NCBI RefSeq assembly: GCF_004010195.1
Contig: NC_057719.1
Coordinates: 41,175,318 to 41,228,120 of the forward strand
Direction: 5' to 3'
Source of the DNA: Chiloscyllium plagiosum
Taxonomy: Eukaryota
DNA length: 52,803 nucleotides
Shown here: piece by piece, positions 10,853 to 24,559 of the stretch
How the letters are laid out: each line of letters starts with the position of its first letter
How positions within the stretch are numbered: the stretch's first letter is position 1
The notes under the pieces: generated by a model
The model's database searches: none
Told to the model about the DNA's origin: nothing
What the model saw: the letters and a program-made list of their open reading frames with translations, nothing else
Program-made: the position numbers and the translations under genes

Positions 10853-13489
10853 AGGCTACAGCTGAGGTAGAGACTGATTGGATTACTGTCCAGACAGCCA
10901 ACATGTTGTCAATGGGCTGATTGGCCTCATTCAGTGTTGTAATGACCCTATAAGCTCAATTACCATCTCAGCTAAATGTAAAATAGCCTGTAGCTCATTA
11001 TAAACAGAAGTATGGGAGCCCTTGCCAATTTTTATCAATCCATTAGCACCACTAAAAGAAAGATTAGCTGGTATCTTACTACATTGTTCTTTATGAAACT
11101 CAGTTGGCTCCTGCGTAACATATTTCGTTGGGACATCCTGGTGGACATGTGTGGTGCCACAGAAATGCAATTTCTTTGTTCTTTTTCCCTTTCATCAATT
11201 AGTCTTGTAACTCCTAGACTATGTCTCTTACATTTCTGAGTGAAAGCCTACTCAAAAATTCTTTCATTCATTCATCTCTGTAAATAAAGTCTCAGCTTAA
11301 AAAATACAGCAACAACTATTGACGTGATGCCACAATCAATTAATGTGCTGATATTCTCAGGTCTATGTGTAAACACTTCAGAACAACAACTGGCCATGCA
11401 TAGAAGCAAGTGAGGAGAATATTAATGTTTCACTAAATTATACAGAAATGGAGAGGGGGGAATAAGACAAAAGAGAAATATATGGAACTTTTGTATTATT
11501 GTAAAGTTAGGTCTTAAACTGCAGTAAAATGACAGTATAATCCATGCAAGTCAATTGTCATAGATGTAAATTCCATAAACTGTTCATGAGCTGTGCAATA
11601 TCTATCTCTTTCAGTATTTATTGGGGTAAGTAAATCTAGTTTTGAAATGGAAATGATATACTTCACTAAAGAGATCATCTTCATCAACATTCCCACTGCC
11701 AGGAGAAACTATCATGTTTGTGATTCACTCGAACCATAAATAGAACACAAGAGAGACAAAGGGTAAACTTGAAAAGACAATACTTCTTTGTTGGTCTCTT
11801 AGCTCCACAGTCAGTTTTTACATTTCCTCCCTTAGCGCCCGCCTCTGGGTCACCTGACCCATTCTTTTAAAGGGGCAGCACACTCTTAACTTCACATAAC
11901 AGAATCATTAAATGATTATCTGTGACATATTATTATGTTTCATTTATGGCATAAATTAAGGCTTTCGAAATATTCCGTACCTAGGAAATCTCCAACCATC
12001 AAATAAGATAATTCACATTAGTGGTAATCGTTCCTTAAGCTAATTTTAAGATAATTGTTTAATTCTAAGAAAAAATCAATTCAACTATCCTTTGCAGTGT
12101 CAAGGTACCTACATCAAGATCTAAAAACATGAAAATTTTGACAACTCTCTAGCATCTACAGAACCAACACTTTAATATATATCACTTTAAATAAGCTTCA
12201 CAGAGGCAGAATCAAATCAGAATCAATGCGAAGCCAATGTCTGTAGGAAGTTAGAGAATAGCACACCTTTACCTTTGTGAACTTGGAGTCCATCTTCTTC
12301 CTAGATTTCAAAGTTAATGTGATGGACAACTATGATAGCACTTAGGACCTTTTCTTCTTGTCTTCAATTCTAGTAACACCTAATGGCTTCGAACACTTCA
12401 AAAATTGCTTGAATCCGGGAAATCACTAACTCCTCACAGTTTTGTTGCGAGGTTTCGCCAAAGGAGTTAAATGCTTAAAGAATATTTGTGCTGCAGGTCC
12501 TCAAAGACTGAGCTAAACTGCTTTGTTTTTGATATTCATTGCAAGTTCATTTACCACAAAATTATAATAACAGCCTTGATATGAACTGGAATATGATCTC
12601 CAAGTGCAGGGTTGGGAAAAAGAGTTCTGATCAGAAAACAGAGGTCTGGATTCCCCAGAACATCACTGAAGATTAACTCCAAAGATGTGTGTTATTTTTT
12701 GAACAGATATCCTACCTGGTGCCAGGGTCTTTGTCAAGGTTATTGCTTGCTGGGTGACAAAAAGTCTAGACAAGCAGATAAGTTTAGTGATTGTTGGTGG
12801 CAATGGTTCCCAGCTGATGTTGGGGCTAGTGTGGTTGGGAAGATCATGAGGTGTGTGTGGGAGGGGATTATAGAGGGATGAGGTTGATTACAGGGAGTTA
12901 TAACACCACTGTCAGTATGATATGATCTGAGTGCTCCCTATATGTGAAGACTGAATTTTTTGCTGAGACAGATCTCTTGAAGTTTATTACTAATTACATA
13001 GAACAAATAAAAAAAAGGAAATGCAAGTAGACTGTCATTATTACAACTATTGCTATGACTGGTATTAGCTACTGATGGTATTGGAACTGCACGTGATGAC
13101 ATGTACAGTCTTAAATGTAAACTGTCTGTTTGGAAACTATGAAATAATACAATATCTTCTCTTTTTTTTCTTTCAAGAGTACAAACTTTTCTGATTAGCA
13201 AGAATACATACAAATATATCATCTTCATACATTGAAATAAAACTTTGGTGAATTGACACAACTGGATCTAGTCATTATACAGTTATCATGACTTAGCTGT
13301 GTAGCTTCACTCTGGAATATACTATCTGTCATCACAAATGGATGTGCATCATTTGTCGTAGATATGAAGTTGCCATCTGGCACTAACATAACAAAGTCAG
13401 TTATATAACTTAGCAGGTGTAGCAGTATCTGTAATGAGTAAACAGAGTGAACATTTGGAGTCCACTAACCAGTTCTGATGAAGGGAGTG

Positions 13490-14920
13490 TTGAAATACGT
13501 CATGGTTGAGTGATGGTCCAACTGATAATCTGCAGAAGCAATGTCTACTGAAAGGCGTTCTAAACGTTGCTAGTTTCTATGACTCTGGAGAAAGATGTAC
13601 GGACAAATGTCAACGATTGACCTTGTGCTCAGAATATATTTGGCCCCGGAGAATTTGTGATTAAGTTCTTCCAGGGTAGAGATCTTCTATGGACATATCT
13701 TTAGTTGCCTTGGATTGAAATGTTGTATGGTGCTGTCTTTCCTCAAAGCACAAGTAATAGAGTTGCACCAGTCAGAATGATGCTTGATATTATGGATGAT
13801 ATTGTTTTGTACCATCCAGTTTTAGTTTTGCGTTTTATCTTGAATGTGAACACTACACTTACAGGAAGGTTGAATGTTGGGTAAGTCATCATCTTTCAAG
13901 AGTAACATTACATCGCCTGTAAATTTGCTGAGATCATCAAACCTGTCTGGATCTACATCAGTCAGATCATGCATTGTCTTGATGTTGCAGTCTGGAATAT
14001 TTTGTGTTTCATCAAATGGGTCTGTTACTTTGCGGATCACTGCAATATGTAGATCAGAGCACACTGGTAGATCAATAATAGCTCAACCAGCTGTTTCAAC
14101 AATATACAGGATTTCAGATGTCTATCAAGAGAAGCTGCACTGGTGTTTATGATATATAATGCCAAATCATGGAATGTTAGACTCATTGTATGCTGTTACC
14201 TGGTCTTGAGTGCACAGCACCAGTTGTGTCAGTCACCTACATGGATCATGGGTAAAGTGCATAGACCAGTGATTTTTGCACTAGCACCAGCATCAGTTTT
14301 GGCATTTAGTTTATTTTGTCCATTTCTTTTAAGATGTGCCACTAGGATGGCGAAATAGTTTCAGCTTTTCTGATAGCATTCATGTGGTCTATCAAACTGA
14401 CTAGATGTGTTATCACATTGGTGGTGTGTAAACTATGTTATTGTAGATATTTCTTGGACTTCATTAACATGTTGTGTACCGTGATAGAACATTGTGAATG
14501 ACCTTGACCTTGCTCCTTACTTGACTTGATGTTCATTGCATGCAGTTTGGAGCATTGTGTTGCTTTTCTGGGCAATTGGATTTCTTGCACATGTTAAACC
14601 AATGTTCTCTTCTGGAACACAGCTTGCATATATCATGAAATGCTGGACACACTTTTGGTGAGTGGAAAAAGTCACATGTCACGCAAGATTTGGATATTCT
14701 ACTGACCTTGCAATTTTTATTACTGAGAAAAGCACCAGAAGATGCTGCTGCCCTGTGATAATAGCTTCAAGCTTTTGTCCATGATTGAACAAGACGTCAA
14801 AGAAAAATTCTTTAAGTTTATCTAGAAGTGATTTTTTTGAAAGGTTTAATGGGTGAAGAGACAATAACCAATTCCATAATCCTTTCAGGGATGTCAGCTT
14901 CAATGAAAACATACTCTTTA
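13490..14920 (-). mobile_element. Decayed Gypsy/Ty3 LTR-retrotransposon gag-pol remnant
   Basis: Protease-like LNAKTDAGASAKI (14271-14309); RT N-terminal HSDWCNSITCALRKD and KISTLEELNHKFSGAK (~13640-13780); boundaries approximate. Confidence 0.75.
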
Positions 14921-15011
14921 CCTTTGCTTTGACATTAACCTATGAACTGATTGGCTTTTCATCTGGGGTATATTATGAATTCCAGCCAATATATCCTGAA
15001 AATGACTCAAC

Positions 15012-15175
15012 CTTTGGACTGTGGGAAGAAACTGGAGCACCCAGAGGAAACCCACACAGACATAGTGAGAATGTGCAAACTCAATACTGTCATCCATGAT
15101 TGGATTTGAAACTGGGTCCTTGGTGCTGTCAGATAGCAGTGACAACCAGTGACCAATGAGCCACCGTGCCTCCCT
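15012..15175 (-). mobile_element. HE1 V-SINE 5' fragment
   Basis: gactgtgggaagaaactggagcacccagaggaaacccac...gagccaccgtgcc. Confidence 0.85.
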
Positions 15176-15405
15176 ATGAAATCTTACATCTCTAACTCCA
15201 CCAGTACCATTGAGGGAACCGATACTAGTTCACTAGAAAAGTGTGAGAGTGCCTAAGGGAAATATTGGAAATTGACATCTCTTCAAACTGAAGTTTCCTA
15301 GTATTTAAGGTGTAGCATGACATTTCATTTAATTACTGTTATAGTGTATGTTGCCACATTGCTAGCAGATCTAAACAAAAGGAAAAGTCACAAGAGTGAC
15401 ACTGA

Positions 15406-16058
15406 GTAAGAAGGCGTTTGGTATGCTTTCCTTTATTGGTCAGAGTATTGAGTACAGGAGTTGGGAGATCATGTTGCGGCTGTACAGGATATTGGTTAGG
15501 CCACTGTTGGAATGTTGCGCTCAATTCTGGTCTCCTGCCTATTGGAAAGATGTTGTGAAACTTGAAAGGGTTCAGAAAAGTTTTACAAGGATGTTGCCAG
15601 GGTTGGAGGATTCGAGCTTTAGGGAGGGGTTGAATAGGCTAGGGCTGTTTTCCATGGAGCGTCGGACCTGAAAGGTGACCCTTATAGAGGTTTATAAAAT
15701 CATGAGGGGCATGGATAGGATAAATAGACAAGATCTTTTCCCTGCTGTGAGGGTCGAGAACTAGAGGGCATAGGTTTAGGGTGAAAGCGGAAAGATATAA
15801 AAGAGACCTAAGGGGAACTTTTTCACGCAGAAGGTGGTACGTGTATGGAATGTGCTGCCAGAGGAAGTGGTGGAGGCTGGTACAATTGCAACATTTAAAA
15901 GGCATCTGGATGGGTATATGAATAGGAAGGGTTTGGAGGGATATGGGCTGGGTGCTGGCGAGTGGGACTAGATTGAGTTGGGATATCTGGTCGGCATGGA
16001 CAAGTTGGACTGAAGGATCTGTTTCTATGCTATACATCTCTATGGCTTTATGACTCTT
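15406..16058 (+). mobile_element. 5'-truncated CR1 LINE (HER1-like) with candidate 8-bp TSD AGTCACAA (15386-15393 / 16059-16066)
   Basis: KKAFGMLSFIGQSIEYRSWEIMLRLYRILVRPLLECCAQFWSP; tail ctctatggctttatgactct. Confidence 0.93.
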
Positions 16059-16959
16059 AGTCACAATGGTCCCCTGAACTATCATCAATGTTGTATCTGG
16101 CACCATGTGTAGCCTGTTATCAGTGTATTGTTTGGGAAAATAAGATATTTTTGTTTTTAGAAACTAACTCTCAGATGAAAGCAGGCAAAGGGACAAGTGT
16201 CACCCTGGCATCATGATTAGCTGCCCATGGTCATTGGCCAAGAGCTTTAGGCAGGTGATTGAAACAATATAGACTGCCAGCCCCCATGAAAAGAAACATT
16301 TAGCAGGGGTAGGTGGGGAAAGAGAGGAAGGGGTGATCCGGGGAGGAGCCATGATCTTTTTGGGAGATGTCCCAGAATTCCCTTAAATCAGTCCAAGGGA
16401 AGAACAAAGACTGTTGCAGCCTATCCCAGGGTTGTGAACAGGTTCCTTCTGCAGTCCATTCACAAGTTGATTGTATGCAGGTTGGAACACAATGCAGGAC
16501 AATATAAAGCAATTATTCACAAGTACAGAAATATTTTGGGTGTTTAAAAATGTATGCCGGTTTGGGATTGTAAATATCAGCTTTCATAAATTGGCTGTTG
16601 GTAAATCAGAGACTTCATGCATTATTGAAGACTACCACCAAAGATGAACACTCTACCATCCCGAAACTGTCAGAGTCCACTGATAATGCTCCTCCATTGT
16701 AAAGCATGGCTGAGGATTGGTAAAATGTTCTCGTCTGTGACAAGTCATAATTTCTCTTTTTGTATCTAATTAAACAATGCATCTTAATAAACTGCTGCTC
16801 CATTACAAATTCAATATATTATCTGAAAATCACTTACAAATAGTTGACTGCCTATGTTTGATAACTGTGATCATAAACATCCCCTCAAAACATAACAGAA
16901 GGAACACCAGGACATACCTAAAATTGAGATTCTAATCTTATCAAGTTACAACACAGGTC

Positions 16960-17465
16960 CACAGATATGCTAAACAGCAGAGGCTGCATGTTGTGGATGT
17001 AGTTAAATAAGTGATCCCATAACTAGTGGATCAGATCAAATCTCTGCTGCATCGAGTTATAAATGGCGATTAAACAATTAATGGCGAAGGAGGCTTCCTA
17101 AACACCTCTATCCTTGGTGAATGCTGAACCCTGGCAAGAGTACAAAAGATAAAGCAGTGATGATCATTCAGAAGTGTTGAGTGGATGATCTGACCCAGCC
17201 TCCTTATGCTGGAATTTAGTCAATGCAATTCACTTAATGTGTTATCAAGAAACAGTTGGCCTGCTGTCATTCCTGAAAAGGCCACCAGATTCCAAGAACA
17301 TTCCAGCTGTGAGGCTGAAAAATTGTGCTTCAGAATGAACCGTACCCAGAACCGGCCTCTTCCAGTGCAGATACAACACTGACATGTACATCACAAAGTG
17401 GAGAATTGCCGATCCTCAAAAACAAAACAGAATTAATCCAATTTATTCAATCAGTCTACTTCCAA
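16960..17465 (+). mobile_element. Old non-LTR LINE fragment (second CR1/L2-group family), pre-RT region
   Basis: aaggccacc...aacattccagctgtgaggctgaaaaattgtgcttcagaa...ctcttccagtgcagatacaacactg...tggagaattgcc, resembling KAT.PDNIPA.LK.CA.EL...LFQ...W.IA. Confidence 0.65.
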
Positions 17466-18679
17466 TGATCAAACATTTTGTAAATAATCTGAACTTTAGC
17501 TAATTTAAGTAAATTGAGACAAAATGCAAAAATCCCTTTTCCAACACTCTCGTGCTAATAAACCTTAATACTGTACTGTACTAGTATCAGATTTTTCACA
17601 CATTTTGGCAAAAAGTGCAACTGCCTCACTTTCCACACACTGTAACTTATCTGTTCATTCATTTTAACATGACATATTCTGCATATAAGACCACAATGCT
17701 GCAAATAGTCTGCTCTTTAATTTATTGGAAAATATGTCAAGAGTTTATTATTAGATTTCCATTTCGCACAACGTTCTCATCAGATTTCCAAAGCTGCTTG
17801 TAGTGATATAGTTTAACACTCTGCTGCAACAACAGATAACTGTTTGAGTCAGCACAACAATATTTAATAAACCTTTCAAGACTAAATCCTCTGAATCCAA
17901 TAGTTTGACAGCTAAGGGAGCTAACATTTCATTCTGAAACACAGATAAAAGGGTGATATTAGGTACATTATATAATGTTATCATCTCTCAGTTAACAGAG
18001 ATTACTGGTTGCAACCCTGTATCTGACTCCTAAATTGAGATTTAACTAGTTGGTGCAGTGCAAAATCATTGACACTCAATATCATTTCCATCTAATCCCT
18101 GAAGTTAAGAAGTGTTAAGTGGGATAAAGATGAATTTTGCAATGGAACGGGAAAATGACAGGAACACAATCACATTGTGAAAACTTTTCACTGAAGCCCT
18201 AACCTACGAGGATTACATTGTACCTTTTAGCTCCCAAACATAATAAATTTAAACTAAATGCGAGGTTTAAGTCCTACTCAATAGCACCGGATTACCCATT
18301 CCTTAGTATCTTAACAGAACAGCTGTTTTGGACTGATAGCTTGCCTTTGTAAACAGATCAAAGGTGATTCCCTCTCACTTCTTTGTTGCTCAATTATTGC
18401 ATATGTCTCTTTTGGCTCATGTTTTCTGATTAACTGCGTGTTAATTTTTGTAAATTTTTCTCATGCCACGTGTTTGCACAATGTCAGTGCAGCCTTGAGC
18501 CAAGGTTCAAGCAGATTTTCAGCAGGGTCCAGCATGACTTGCTCAGTTTTTGCTTTTCTCCTTTGGGCCTCTGCTCACATCATCACCTAGCAGCCCAAGT
18601 GATATCAGAAACACATCACTAACAGTGGAATGACACTGCAGTTAAAGATATTGTCAGGTCCTTGTGGATGTCTGATCTG

Positions 18680-19025
18680 AATCATCAAACCCTACAGCAC
18701 GAAAGCAGGCCATTTGACCCATTGAGTTCACACCAACTCTCCAAAGAGCATCCAACTCAGACCTACCCCATCCCCATTACCCCACATTTCCATGGCTAAT
18801 CCACCTAACCTGTACATCCCTGGAAATTATAGGCAATTTAACATAGCCAATCCACCTAATCTACACATCTTCAGACTGTGAGAAGAAACTGGAGCAACTG
18901 ACAGAAACCCACATCGACAAAGGGACAACATGCAACGTCACAGACAGTCCCCCAAGGCTGGAATTGAATGTGCGTTCCTGAGGCTGTGAGGCAACAGTGT
19001 TAACCACTGAGCCACTGTGCCACCA
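18680..19025 (-). mobile_element. HE1 V-SINE, near full length
   Basis: Reverse tRNA head (aaccactgagccactgtgcc), V-domain, CR1-like tail. Confidence 0.88.
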
Positions 19026-19629
19026 AGAAATGTCAGTAGAGATTTTACATAATGTGTACTTCACATTCAATGGAGAACATGCTTATTATTATTCTTGCTG
19101 ATAATGCCAACATACTGAAAAGAATTCATACCGAGTTTATAAATCAAACTTTAAAATAACATCAATCAAGCACTTATGGTTAGAAACTAAAGAATTAAAA
19201 ATCATTGACTGGCAAATGGACACAATCCCTTTAACTGTGTTTTACACAGTTTCAAAATGTAGAGCATTAACTCTAAGTAAGACTTCAGTAATGTGAAAAG
19301 ATTTATAATTCATCACATTTGTTCTAGAAACCAATAGCCTATATTAATCTTGACATTCCGTGACCTATAGCTGGGTTAGAATTTAATAACAACTGGCCTT
19401 GGGCATACTCTGGTAGGAAACAGGTCCCATTGCTGAAATCAGCTACAAGATTATCCAACAAATCAGACTGGGAAATCTATGGTTCCCACAATCTGTGACC
19501 TTTGACCTGCTCAGTATATATGGGAGAAGCCTGAAAATAAATAGCCTATTGGTTTTTGTGTTAAAAATGCATCAGTCACCAATAACCAAGGTATCAAGAG
19601 CATGCAATAGCAAGAGATTAACACCCTCT

Positions 19630-19992
19630 TTTTGTTTATTTGTTCTCAGGCTGTGAGTGTTGCTGGCTAGGTTAGCATTTATTGCCCATCTCTAACTGAC
19701 CTTGACAGTGAGTTGTGAGCATGAATTGTGAACCCACAATACTGTTAGGAAGGCAGTTCCAGTATTTGACCCAGCAACAGTGAAATAACAATGATATCGT
19801 TCTAAATCAGGATGACATATTATTTGGAGAGGAATTGCATGTGGTGGTGAACCCCTGCATCTGCTACTTTAGTCATTCTTAATGGTAGAGGTCAGGGGTT
19901 TGGAAGGTGTTCTGCTAAGGAGCCTTGGTCAGTTACTGTCATGCATTTTGTAGATGACACTCACTGCTTCCTCTGTGTGCCACATGGAGGTA
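19630..19992 (-). mobile_element. 3' end of the second LINE family
   Basis: gctggctaggttagcatttattgcccatctctaa... homologous to 50745-50990. Confidence 0.75.
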
Positions 19993-21659
19993 CGGAGAGT
20001 TAAGGTGGTATAGTACATCTCTTCGTTTTGTTATTTTAATAATAACAGAAAATGTTACTATTTCATCCCTGCTTTTTCTAACATTTCTGTTATTTAAACT
20101 CAAACTAAATTTTTCTTTAACTCATTAAGGTATCTGCAGGAAGCAGATTGAGCACTCTTCAAAATGGGCTAAACTTTTTTACTGCTTGCTCTCAGCTCTT
20201 ATCTATATCACTCTTACAGATCCCCTTTTAACAGGCTGAATGGACAGTGTGAGTCTAGCAGGGTGAGTGGAAAGATTTGTGTTGTTTTCACACTTTCTCC
20301 TTCCTTATTCTGGACTACTGCTAGTTCTTTACTTCCTTCCTACTGCAATATTGAAATTGTTTTGTCATTCCCATTCTCCTTTAATTCCATAATTTTATTT
20401 TTTCCCAAATTCTCTGTGTCAATGACAAGAAAGAACTTGCATTGAAATAAGTAAAAAATATTGAATAGCTTCTACATTTGGTGGATGAACTTATGAGATT
20501 TACACTTGGCTAGTTGAAAATATACATCCGTGTTTGAAAGCCATTTCAGATGCAAAAAAGAACAATATGATGACTGTCCCATATGATATCCCTACAATTA
20601 TATTCAATATTCTAAATAGTTTTTAGTATTAAGTCAACAAAATTCTCTAACTCAGGGAATTAACCCTTTTTTGGTTCAACCCATGTGTTGTTTTATATTA
20701 ATAAAATATGCATTGCGAAAAAAAATCTCCAGGCTGTAGGTGGAAGCTTCACATTACTAAAGCTAATACTTTACTGAATAAAATATTAACTGTTTGATGG
20801 AGTCAACTTAATTTAAAACAAACTTGATTCTTTTTGGATTCAGCTGGTACAAGTTTTGGTCACCATCTAAACTATGAGAACAGATACGGGAAAGGCCAGA
20901 ATTGAATTTAAATGATTAAATGATACTAAAAGCACTGATACAATAATATTTCTAAGAGGTACATTTATTTGTCTATATGACAGCCTTCAGCTGCTTTGTA
21001 GATATGGTAATTCAGGTTTTGCTTCTAGTTGATGTTATCAATACACTTCAAAATGCCTGAAGTTTACTTTAGCCTCCTCACATTTTTGTAGGCAATTTAA
21101 AAAGTGCAAGTTTTTTGTGTTCTCAACTTTCTGCACTGTAGTGAACTTTTTTTTATTTTCAAACATAGAAAGCTTTGAAATTTGCAGCGGTAAACATTGC
21201 ATTCATTGTTTTGCAGTAACAAAGTATGATTTGCTCGTCTCTAAAAGACGTACCAGCTTCCTGTCGCTAAGTGAGGAATATTTATTTTGAAATTGTTCTT
21301 TGCATAGAAGTGAAATGCTAAAACTAAATTAGTACCAAGCACTATTGATCTCTCTAATATTAAACATGTTGTTTCAAATCTGAATCCTGTACTAAGTTCA
21401 ATAATAATAACTGTACTACATAACCTGGTGAAATAACCAATTAGTGCATTGAATGCTCCGGATTGTGCTGTATGAGCAAATAATTAATTTGCAGTTACAA
21501 TAAAATGTTTTTGGAAATAATGATTTCATGGATTCAAGGGCACATATACATATTGCTTTGGAAAATTCAGAGTTATCTCTAAAACACCAACCACACCAAA
21601 CAATTCATATTTTTGTAGCATTTTTAACACATTAGTTACAACAGGAGTGTTATAAAATC

Positions 21660-22690
21660 AAACATGACTGAAACCGATATTAGGTCAGATGTCTTAAAGG
21701 AGGCAGAGATGATGACTGACTTCAAAAGAAAATTGGATAGGTGCTTTAAGGAAAGATATTTGTAGGGGTGGTATGGGGTGGCGGGATTGTCTGGATTGCT
21801 GCCAAAATGATCGGCCAAATGGCTTTTTTATTTATTCTTTCTATGGAATGTGACCACAAGTCTAGCAATTGTTGCTGATCCTTAATTTGCCTTGAACTCT
21901 GAGGCTTGTGAGACCATCTTAGGGGGCAGTGAAGAGTCAACCACATTGCTATTGATCTGGAGTCACATGTAGATCAGAATGAGTAAAAAATATAAGTTTT
22001 CTTTCCCTGACACTCATCAGTGGGCTGGATGGGTATTTTGTAACAATCACTTTGTGATTTCCCGCTACTAAAACTAGGTTTCAATTCCAGAATTAATGAC
22101 TGAAGGTAAATTCCTCAGCTATCTTGGTGGGATTTGAATCTACACTCCTGGGCCTCTAGATTCCTAACCCACTTAGTGTATAGCTACCACACCAACATTT
22201 CACCATTTCTGACTGTAAATAAATCCATGAGTCAAAAGAAGCTAGAATTTAATGATTGCAGATATCTCAGGGAATTGTGGGGCTGGAGGCGATTATGGAG
22301 ATTAGAAGTTGGGAAGACGATATTGGGATTTGAAAACAAGGATGAGAAATGACAATCAAGATATTGACTGGAATACAGTGTGGGTCAGTGAACCTAGGGT
22401 TTAGAGGGGATTAGCACTTGTTGTGAGTTATGATGTGGGCTGCAGTTTTAGGTGAACCTCATGTTGATGTAGGACTGAGTGTGGGACATCAGCCAGGAAA
22501 AGGCTGGAATAGTAAAATTTAGAGGTAGCCAATGAACTGAGAATGAAGTTGGGTGATGTTACAAGATTAGAAATAACGAAGGCACAAATTTGTGATTGGA
22601 TACTTTTAGGGTTGAATATATCACCAAAACTGTGAATAGATAAATTAATCAAGTTGCTGCAAGTGTGGAGCAATCCCAGCTTCATTCATT
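21660..22690 (-). mobile_element. Very old L2-like LINE remnant, interrupted by the SINE at 21823-22200
   Basis: Purine-rich L2-like 3' sequence (gggaattgtggggctggagg...gatttgaaaacaaggatgag); no clean ORF. Confidence 0.45.
21823..22200 (-). mobile_element. tRNA-derived SINE, same family as 26967-27318
   Basis: gggcagtgaagagtcaaccacattgct...ggagtcacatgtaga is the reverse complement of the 27200-27250 core; reverse B-box gggatttgaatc. Confidence 0.75.
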
Positions 22691-22699
22691 GTCTGAGAT

Positions 22700-23960
22700 G
22701 GCATGTGTCATCAGTGGCTCCTGAACTTGCTTAGCTTAGTATTCATGACAAACACAGTATTGATTGGTGTGGACCTTGATTTTATTGTCCGTGTTTGGCC
22801 AGAGAGCACATTTCTTGCTATCCTTAAACTTAATTCATTTTCTGGGTTGTTGCATGAGCATTAGCATCTCTCCTCCTGTTCTCCTTCAGGATAATGACTT
22901 TATTTGCTCTGAACAACATGCCGTCATGGGCTATCAATTCATCTCTCTATGGCCAATATGCTGTTTAGCAACAGGAATGTCCTTGATGCTCTTTGTCATT
23001 CTTTTATCACTACATTTTGCAACACTTTCAGATTTGCATCTTGTTGGATAGTTTGCTTGATTTGAGCAAGACACTTGTCTGTTGGATTCAGTGTCTTTAA
23101 TGGTTTGATAACTTGTAGCACATGACAACGTTCCATTGAAGCAGGAAGATTTCACCTTCGGTTTTTGTATTCTCCACTTTCTCTTGATAGCATGTCTGGA
23201 ATGTGCATCTGCTTCCCTTACTTTTAGTGTAACATCCAGATGATGTCTCTGCAACCGTAGTGACATTTTTTGTAGATGTCATGGTCAGACTAAACTGACA
23301 CTTAGATTCTTTCAAGACAGGTTTGATGAAAATGGTCACAAGCAAATGTGATGAATCCAACAAATCATTGTGGTGCTTTTCTATCTGTCGGGTCACTGCA
23401 TTACTGCTGCATACCTCACCTTTTTGGGTTCCATGCAGAGACGTTTTAGCTGCGAGTGCATGACCCATGTTCTTGACCTCAGCATCTTCATTTGTTATTT
23501 TTTCTTATTCAGCTTCGGGTTCACGTGGTGAGATCTCTCTAGCAGTTGTACTCGATGTTGACGTGATCAGCAATGGCTTCCTCCACTGTGTCTCAACATA
23601 TGCATTTAGCTGTAGCTCCCAAAAAGCATCCAGGATGTGAGTGGAAAGCTGCAGCTTTCATCCAGATTCACTTGCCAGTAACCACCCTTTGCATCCAAGA
23701 CTTTTACCATTGCAAGTTATGGCAAAATTCCTTCAAAGGCTGGCATAGAGTAGTGAAATTTCTTCAGTGCTTTATTTAGATTTCTTTTGGTCCAATGCAT
23801 GTTCTAAGCTTTTCAGCATGTTTCACTTCTACCATGTTGCTCATTCATTCTCTGTGAGTCATAATTTTCATGATTATTCCCTTATTTTCCAGCTCTTCAA
23901 TCTTATCAAGTGGGTTGCCTTTTCCTGGATAGTATCAAGCTTACTGCATGTTTTTGCAGC
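22700..23960 (-). mobile_element. Second decayed Gypsy/Ty3 pol remnant (RT, RNase H, start of integrase region)
   Basis: NKALKKFHYSMPAFEGILP*LA..KVLDAKGGYWQVNLDESCSF...FGSY (~23600-23780), IADHV at the YxDD position, MGHAL, QQDANLKVLQNVV. Confidence 0.82.
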
Positions 23961-23964
23961 TACA

Positions 23965-24470
23965 TGCAACCAGGTAAGTGAGGAATATTTCATCACACTC
24001 AAGTTGCGCCTTGTAGATGGTGCACAAACTTTGGGAAGTCAGAAAGTGATTTACTCACTGCAGAATTCATAGCCACTGACTTGTTCTTGTGGCCACTGTA
24101 TTTATAATGCTCGTCTTGTTCAGTTTCTGGTTAATGGTAATCCCAGGATGTTGATAGTAGGAAATTCAAAGTTGGTTTTGCCATCAAATGTTAAGGGGTG
24201 ATAATTAGATTCTCTCTTTTTGGAGATGGCCATTGCCTGGCATTTGTGTGATGTAATGTATTTGCCACACGTTAGCACCAAACCTGGATATTGTCCAGGT
24301 CTTACTGCATTTGGACATGGAATGCTTCTGCATGATGTATGAACGGCACTGAATACTGTGCAATCATCAATGAACATCTGTACTTCTGACCTTACAAAGG
24401 ATGGAAGGTCATTGATCAAGCAGCTGAAGATGGTTTGGTTTAGGAAGTTAATCTGAGGAACACCTGCTTG
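23965..24470 (-). mobile_element. Second LINE family, RT fragment
   Basis: GVPQ..LNQTIFSCLINDLPSFVRSEVQMFIDDCTVF. Confidence 0.85.
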
Positions 24471-24559
24471 GGTTAGCCCAGGATTACTTATTGACACCAC
24501 CTTGACAAAAGAATGGACTGTTGTGCTTTCAAATGTTGGAGGTCATGATGCAGGACACT

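Noticed and set aside
9086..10859. CTACA as TSD of the inverted Penelope
   Set aside because: Only 5 bp and not flush with both ends; not distinguishable from chance.
11833..11850. CTCF site
   Set aside because: Several mismatches at core positions.
12612..12881. GFPR and LLGDK words suggesting another Harbinger transposase
   Set aside because: Spacing is inconsistent and no further motifs were found; could be chance.
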